This document shows positions 57,290 through 63,898 of a stretch of DNA of 63,898 bases, piece by piece (the first letter of the stretch is position 1; each line of letters starts with the position of its first letter). Origin of the DNA: Phoronis australis (taxonomy: Eukaryota; Animalia; Phoronida). Made by a program: the position numbers and the translations under genes. Location of the stretch: contig NMRA01000132.1 in the NCBI GenBank assembly GCA_002633005.1, forward strand, positions 62,001-125,898, in the 5' to 3' direction. Below the pieces are notes generated by a model. It saw nothing but the letters and a program-made list of their open reading frames with translations. It ran no database searches and was not told where the DNA came from.

Positions 57290-57430
57290 GGGATTCCAAG
57301 TGACGTCACGGACGTGCCGGTCTTCCGGGAAAAAGTAACCAATGAGAAACGAGTGTCATCGACAACAGCGCTTGAGTGAGCTTTTGGAGAACTAAACCGG
57401 TTATTTTGCATGTGTACCCGGAAACCTTCT
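57290..57430 (-). promoter_or_regulatory. S6K proximal promoter
   Basis: CpG-rich stretch just upstream of coding exon 1, with a perfect CRE TGACGTCA (57301-57308), CCAAT (about 57339) and ETS-like CCGGAA cores. Confidence 0.55.
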
Positions 57431-60400
57431 TGTTTCATGCAGTCTTGCGGGAAAAAACAAAAACTTGTAAGTCCTCGTGAGATGTCGCCATTTTCAGAGT
57501 TTAAGCAAAGCACGCGATCACAACAGCTTCCTTCGTGAGATTCTTACGTCTATAAACTCTACCCACATTTTTGAAGGAAATCGCCCGCGTGTAGGATGAT
57601 GGGTCGACGCCACTCAACGCGGGTTCGCACTCAGTCAAGGGTGCCAGCCGAAACTTAGTCGTTCTGGCCGGAATGAAAGCCATGGCCTGAAAACTAGTCA
57701 GTCAGGTCTAGCTGTGGCGTACCGCCTGCGCGTGCAACCTTCTATCATATGAACACTCATTTCTCGGAATTGATTGATTAATTTTAGAAATGGCGGTTGA
57801 GAATTCGGTTACTCTGTTGGGTGGTGCACTATGCCATTGTGACTTCCGTGTGGACAACGTCTGTGCGCCAAAGCAGCAAAATATGTGTCTACCTTGTTCT
57901 GTCTGCGTCATTTATTGGATACGTAGACACTAAGTTGAAGCTTTATTATGCATTTATTCGATCATATTTTAATCATTGTCCTCTTCAGTGTTTCATGAGT
58001 GACATGCACTTGTGGGTGTTCAGAAAGCTCGAATTGAAATGGAAGATTCAATATCGGGTTTAGTTAAAATTTGTTTTCATGATGACCACCAGTCGTCATA
58101 TTTCATCTTACTGTCTAAATCAAACTCCACTCCGCTTTTTGTTCAAAGCCGGCTACGATGTCTTTGGGGTGCCTGTTTAGTGAATCCGATAGCACTTCAG
58201 TTCCCTATAGTAGGCCTATAGCTAGTGTTTCCCGCTCTCAGACGTCTGCCCCGGAGGTACGGGGGAAAACCACTATTTCGCCACTGCGTCATATGGACTT
58301 TTCACCACCAGGGGCCGGGTATCTTTATGGAACAAGTTACCTGAACTAATGTCATAAATTGCCGGGACATTTTTGATTGTTTCGTTGTAAAGTTTGGTTT
58401 CATCTTTGACGAGTCAAAATAAATTTCTCATTCGCAGAAAGTCTTTCACCCGAGGCGCTCCGTATTCTCTATGACAACCAAAGATTGACAGATCCAAAAC
58501 ATAGGATTTCGGTGACCCCAAGTCACGTAAGCGCTTCCCTGAGGGAGTCCCGCTGGATGTCATTGTCACTAAGTTTGCAGCGCGTCGTACAGTGCGATCT
58601 CCTACGGCATGGCGATTATATAACTCAGTGACAGATATTTTTCAAAAGTAAATACTTCACGACCCAGTTCATTGAAAACAACAGACCTTAGCCTAAGCAT
58701 TACAATTAAATGAAGATCCAAAGGCGCCATTGCAGTTTTGCCGCCACGCGCACTCCATATGGTTACCTAGACCGTCGGCAGCCTGGTATTCCTCCCCCGT
58801 CACTTGACATTCAGGCGTACCTTGAACAGCATATTATGTTTCTGATGAACCCTGGCTAATGATCTCGGACAGTCGGTCGCACTAAATATCATCAGAACTC
58901 ACTTTCCTCCAGTCTGACAAACTGGTAATTACAATTCCAAATCTTTATAGTTTACAATTGCCAACTTTGCTTCAACTTTCAGTCTCGTTTCGGCCTCCAA
59001 CGCGCATTCGGATTCGTGGCAAGCACAGAACGTAGAGTTCTATGACTTCATTGAATTCTTTAATTATTGGGAAGTCGCGTGAGTTGACTTGCCCGATCTA
59101 TGGCAGTGTACCGGCTGTCGATGCTTTTACAGAGGCTGCGGAGATACTGACATAATAAACGGCATATATTACCGGGAATTTCCGAAGTAGACCATATGGC
59201 CGCGTGTTTTCGCAAACGTTTCCAGAACTGAGTACATCCATGGGAGTATCTTGAAGGAAACTGTTAGAATCTTTTGACAATCTGATGGATTTCTCTGAAA
59301 TACGAGTAAAACTTCGTTTATTAATTTTTGACATAAGGAATTATATTTTAGGATCGCAATTTCTCTCGGTTTAATGATGAGTGACTTTGTTGGTAATTAA
59401 CCGTTTTATCAGAGTGTGAAGGACAATTTTAATGACACAGTTCCGAAAACACGCTCCCCCTTTTTAAAGAAAATACTCCCAGACGTATATTTTGGTTTCA
59501 TTTGACGTTTTTCAGTGAAAGGCCGACGTTTTCCGAATATCCGCCCAAGGACCTACTTTCGGAAAATCTCGGTAGTGAATTATGACATGAAGACTTGGTT
59601 TGGGGTAAGGTGTGCGTTCTGTGAAGTTTGACTGAATTCACCACACTTGAACGCACTAACCCACCACGTAAAGACATGTGAACAGTGTTGCCGTAGCTTG
59701 GCGGCCGGCACGGCCAAGTGGACATTTAACCTGGAAAGGAGACAATGATGTTCTTGTGGGAAGGATAGGATCACCTTTTGCTGCTAAGCTTCTCTACGTA
59801 TTTTTTTGTCAAATCACAAGTTGAATCAATTAAAATAGAAAGGAAGCCGTCTACCGGGTCTTTAGAAATGGAACAAGTCAATTTCTTTTAATAATTTCGG
59901 CGTTCAGGTTGTGTCCAACTTGTTGTATATAGCACAGCGACAATTAAATTGGGCAGATGAACGCTGAATCCAATATCTGACACCACTGATTGAGTCCCTT
60001 CTGGCATTTAGAGTTGGAGGGTCAGTTCGATTTCTTTTGTTCGATAATTGCTCTAATCTCCGATAAGATCGTATCAATACAGCCTCAATTCAAGAGCTGT
60101 ACTGTTAAAAAATAAAAGTTAAATTATAAAATGTTTGAGCATCAGTCAACCAATGACATTTCTGAATTCAGTCTCATCAAATGCTGATCATGCTTAGATT
60201 GTGAGTCACCAAAACTACACCCGAAGTTAAGACAATCTATTCGGTCACGTCGGTTGACTGTCTGTTCACACGTGGTCGGTAGCCTGCGTGTTGTCATGCT
60301 ACACAAAAGCCGGACTGTGAGCGGCAGTTAACAAAGGAGTTAGATCACGCGCTTACTTACCCTCTGACACAGCGCCACCTATACTGCACTGTGATAGAGT

Positions 60401-61697
60401 GTAGCGCTTACTGACACCGACACTGAACAGCTCCGGCTATAGTGCCGTGCCGTTTACACTTACAAAGTTGACACGGATCAACTGACACGGAATGATCTTT
60501 TTCCAGTGTGTATACGGACTGACACGGAGCAAATTGACACTGCGGTGACAAGTTTTTGTGAGGTAGAGTAATTTGCGCCCGAACATCTTGCGCCGTAAAC
60601 GCGAAACTGGAGCAAGGCGGAAAGGATCAGTCTACTCAACGCCAGAAATATGTAACATGCACTACTGCGCATGCGCTAAATCTTGCCAGCAGCCCTCCAT
60701 AAGAAATACACAAGAGCAGGCTATAATCAGGAATTTATAAGCGAGGGGAGATAACTGGACAATTTGCCGATAGCCTGTCGCATAGAGTGTATGTTAAGAC
60801 TTGTTACTGCCAAATATGAGCGTCATTGGTGAAAATTTTTCCACGTCTCTTGAAGTTTGAAGTTCGCCCCATTCAGGCCTATGTTAACGATCGTCCGGAA
60901 GCCCATATTTGAGCGCATAGCTCATTTTGAAGTCAAGTTTGTTGCTGAATTCATTTTGCCATCGGATTTGCCGATAGCGGAGGTGATTACCAGGAGTACT
61001 CAGAGGTTGCTGGTCCAAATTTCATGCTGTTTTTCGAAAANGCGAAACTGGAGCAAGGCGGAAAGGATCAGTCTACTGCGCTTGTGCAAACGGACCTTCA
61101 TACGGCGCCGGGGTTCTTTGTCTTTGCAACTCTCGTCATTGACCTGCGCATGTGCGATCCAGTCTCTCCACCCTGCAATTTCCGTCTTGCCACGGTTAGT
61201 GAGTTGTGTGTATAAACGGTCACTTGATACGGGTGAATTTGCTCCGCGTGTCAGTTGCGCCGGGCCAAAAGTTGATGTCTAAACGGGACTGTAAAGTCTC
61301 TGAACAGATCAACGCCCTAATTTACCGATATGCTTTGCCATTGGTGCGTGTAGTTCTGATTTAACGGAAACGAGCGATTTTACAAGACAGACTTCAAATT
61401 CAAGTCAAATCACCCTTCGTTGGCTAAGTTGCCGGCGACGTGGACAAATCACGAGCCAGAATCTATCGGAACCGTCAAAGTGACCGATCTAGGATATCAC
61501 AAGGGGGGCCCAACATTTTGTCTGTAAACATTTGCTCAAAGCACGATTGTAGATGCGCATAGCACCGAACCCCCCTCCCACCCAGGAAATTTTTCTGTTT
61601 TTTCCTCTAAAAATTAAGCACTTTTCTTGATTTCTGAAGTATTATTCAAAAAAAAAGACAAAAGAACGGAAAAAGTGTCAAGCAGGAAAAGCTACTA

Positions 61698-61762
61698 GCG
61701 CCACGGACTCGAAGTCACGACCTGGCGGATAGAGCGCGTGCTTTTCCACTGCACCACCACGA
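61698..61762 (-). repeat. Degenerate tRNA-like / SINE head
   Basis: Minus strand reads GTGGTGCAGTGGAAAAGCACGCG...CTTCGAGTCC (A-box-like and B-box-like); no complete cloverleaf. Confidence 0.3.
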
Positions 61763-63898
61763 TTTACTGAACTCCCAATTTGATACTAAGAGACCTACTT
61801 GTTTATGGTTCACAGCGTTTGCGCGGGAAACCTTCTTTTTGTAATGCTTATTACATGTTTTATATTTTGTGCAATCAGTTCGTAACAAATTTGTTGTATT
61901 TAAAATAGTCTTCAATTGCCCAAAAAAACAAATCCGTTTTTTTTGTATTGGCAATAATGACGCGATTGCTTTGGAAATCGTCTTAAGTTAAGATTTAAAG
62001 AGAGAATTATGAGTTTCTGAGTGATTCACTAAGGCTTCGATTAAAATTGACATCTTACCAGCAGCTTCTGTTTTTTCATCATCACAAAGATCAGTGGCGG
62101 ATCTACGTTTTCAGTAAGGGGAGGTTTAGGATTCCCGCAAAGGTCGAATCCGAGGCGCGTGGCGCCGAGCGGGGGGTAAACCCCCCTCCCGTGTAAGACA
62201 ACTTTTTGTTTTTGTAGCCAAACAGTGAAATTTCCATGCATCCTGGTACGTTTCTGGCACTTAACATGTCCCTGGAGTTTTTCTTAAGATAATTAAAAAC
62301 CCTTCTCGATTTCGTCACATGAACTTGGCTCATAAGTTTCGTGAAACCATATTTGTGCACATCAGGGTATGAGTCACACTACCAGCAAAAATTTTTGTTG
62401 GAACATCTGCTTACACACCTTTTTAGCATACGAAAAAGTGTGGTGTGTACAGGGGTTTAGAAAGTGTGGTGTGTACAGGGGTTTAGACAACTACCAAACG
62501 AGGTTTGAAGAGCATAAGGAGCACCCAAGGGGCGTAAAAAATTGAATATCAGATGATCGCAACAGCCTCCAGCTGTTTAAGAATGAAGACCTGTACTGTT
62601 AGTCCGGAAATAAACATGCGTTCTGTCTCGTTAAGAGAAAAACTGGCGAACGATGGTGCTCTCAGCTCATAATATATTATTAAAAGCGACAATAAACAAT
62701 TAAGTATCACTTTATTAAGCTGAATCACGTTGTCAACAATTGAAAAACGTCAAATGCATCCGGAAACAAATCATCTGAAAACAGTTTCACGAAACCAAAA
62801 CACTCTGTAGGCCTACACCGTAATGAAAAGATATACAGGAGTAGTTCGTAGAGGGACCAGATTTACACTGAGAGTACACAAAAACTCTGGCCTGGTCCGT
62901 CACGAGACCAAAAGTACTTCTGTGCTTATTATTCCTATAAAAATAGTCGATCTGTCGCGGGACCAAACAGTACTGGCTGATATAAATAGTTTTACACACC
63001 ACACTTTGGTAAAAAACATCACAAGACTAGTTCGCCGAAGGACCAGAAGTACACTGAAACTCGATATCTACACAAATCAAGCTGGCCTGGTCCGTCGTGA
63101 GACCTAAAGCGTACTTTGCAAAAAATTTGAATTGAAACTTCTCTCTAGACACATTTTAATCCCCAGTGGTTGCTCATACTTGTATTTTACACTTCTGGTG
63201 GTCAACTGCTGCGAGAGGTTGTCAAGGAAGGGTTTTCGCACCGTTCTGTAGTACTCACTGGAAGAAACAAGTATTGGGTACAGATTTAACTACGCACTAC
63301 GTGAAATAAGATTTTAGATATGAAGCAGATAGACTCATGTGGAAATACAAACCAGAATCAGTTTCTGTGCGCTCGTAGACCCTCTGGTGTACTGGGTAAA
63401 TTTGGCATGTCTAAAAATAATTTCTATTTCGTTTTCATTGTATACAAGCATAAAAAACCGACATTATTACAAAATGTGAATAATTATAACTTATTACCTG
63501 GGCGTTTCTCCAGCAACGTTGGTCTTATCTCCCTGCTGTTGACTGCCGAGGAATCTGTATATCGGATCCAATGATTTGCTTGTCTTAGAACCATTCTACC
63601 CAGACATCTTCGACGTTTGTTCCCAACGCTTGCACTTCGTCAACTGTTGTGTCAATGAGCTTGTCCACCTCTACAATGCAGCATCTCGTTTTGCAGCTCA
63701 GTTGGCACTAAGCCCCCTGAGGTTACCAAGTCCATTCAAAAGACTTACAGCATGCGCAACTAAATTTGTTCCGTTCATCATGGACTACTTCAAACCTTGA
63801 CGATGTATCCCAGGACCCATTTGCATCTCTTGCAATTTTCGAAATAAAACGTCCCAATGTGTGAACGCTTGAAACCCGAAGTACTAACATCAAATATA

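Noticed and set aside
57500-63898. Short ORFs upstream of S6K, including exon-like sequence at about 63500-63898 on the minus strand
   Set aside because: Stops in all frames I checked and no recognisable protein motif.

Overview
Draft genomic DNA from an AT-rich, intron-rich animal, with N gaps; probably an invertebrate deuterostome (inference). Four protein-coding genes can be supported. (1) The last four exons of a classical-type aquaporin (+, 357-3098). (2) An intronless 365-aa ORF that fuses two N-terminal hydrophobic segments and a coiled coil to a Rab32/38/29-type GTPase lacking any prenylation motif (+, 19447-20544). (3) A complete six-exon NDUFS8 (+, 23814-37613). (4) A convergent ribosomal protein S6 kinase beta (-, 57193-41130, about 14 exons, one GC-AG intron). 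Introns and intergenic DNA hold many non-autonomous DNA transposons with readable TIRs and TSDs. Main leads: the membrane-anchored Rab32-like gene; a Helentron/DINE-like element in an S6K intron carrying nine co-oriented CTCF-consensus motifs, mostly 144-161 bp apart; a His-to-Val change in the aquaporin ar/R filter; and a 4.9-kb transposon ending 23 bp before an NDUFS8 splice acceptor. All calls were made by eye, with no database searches.
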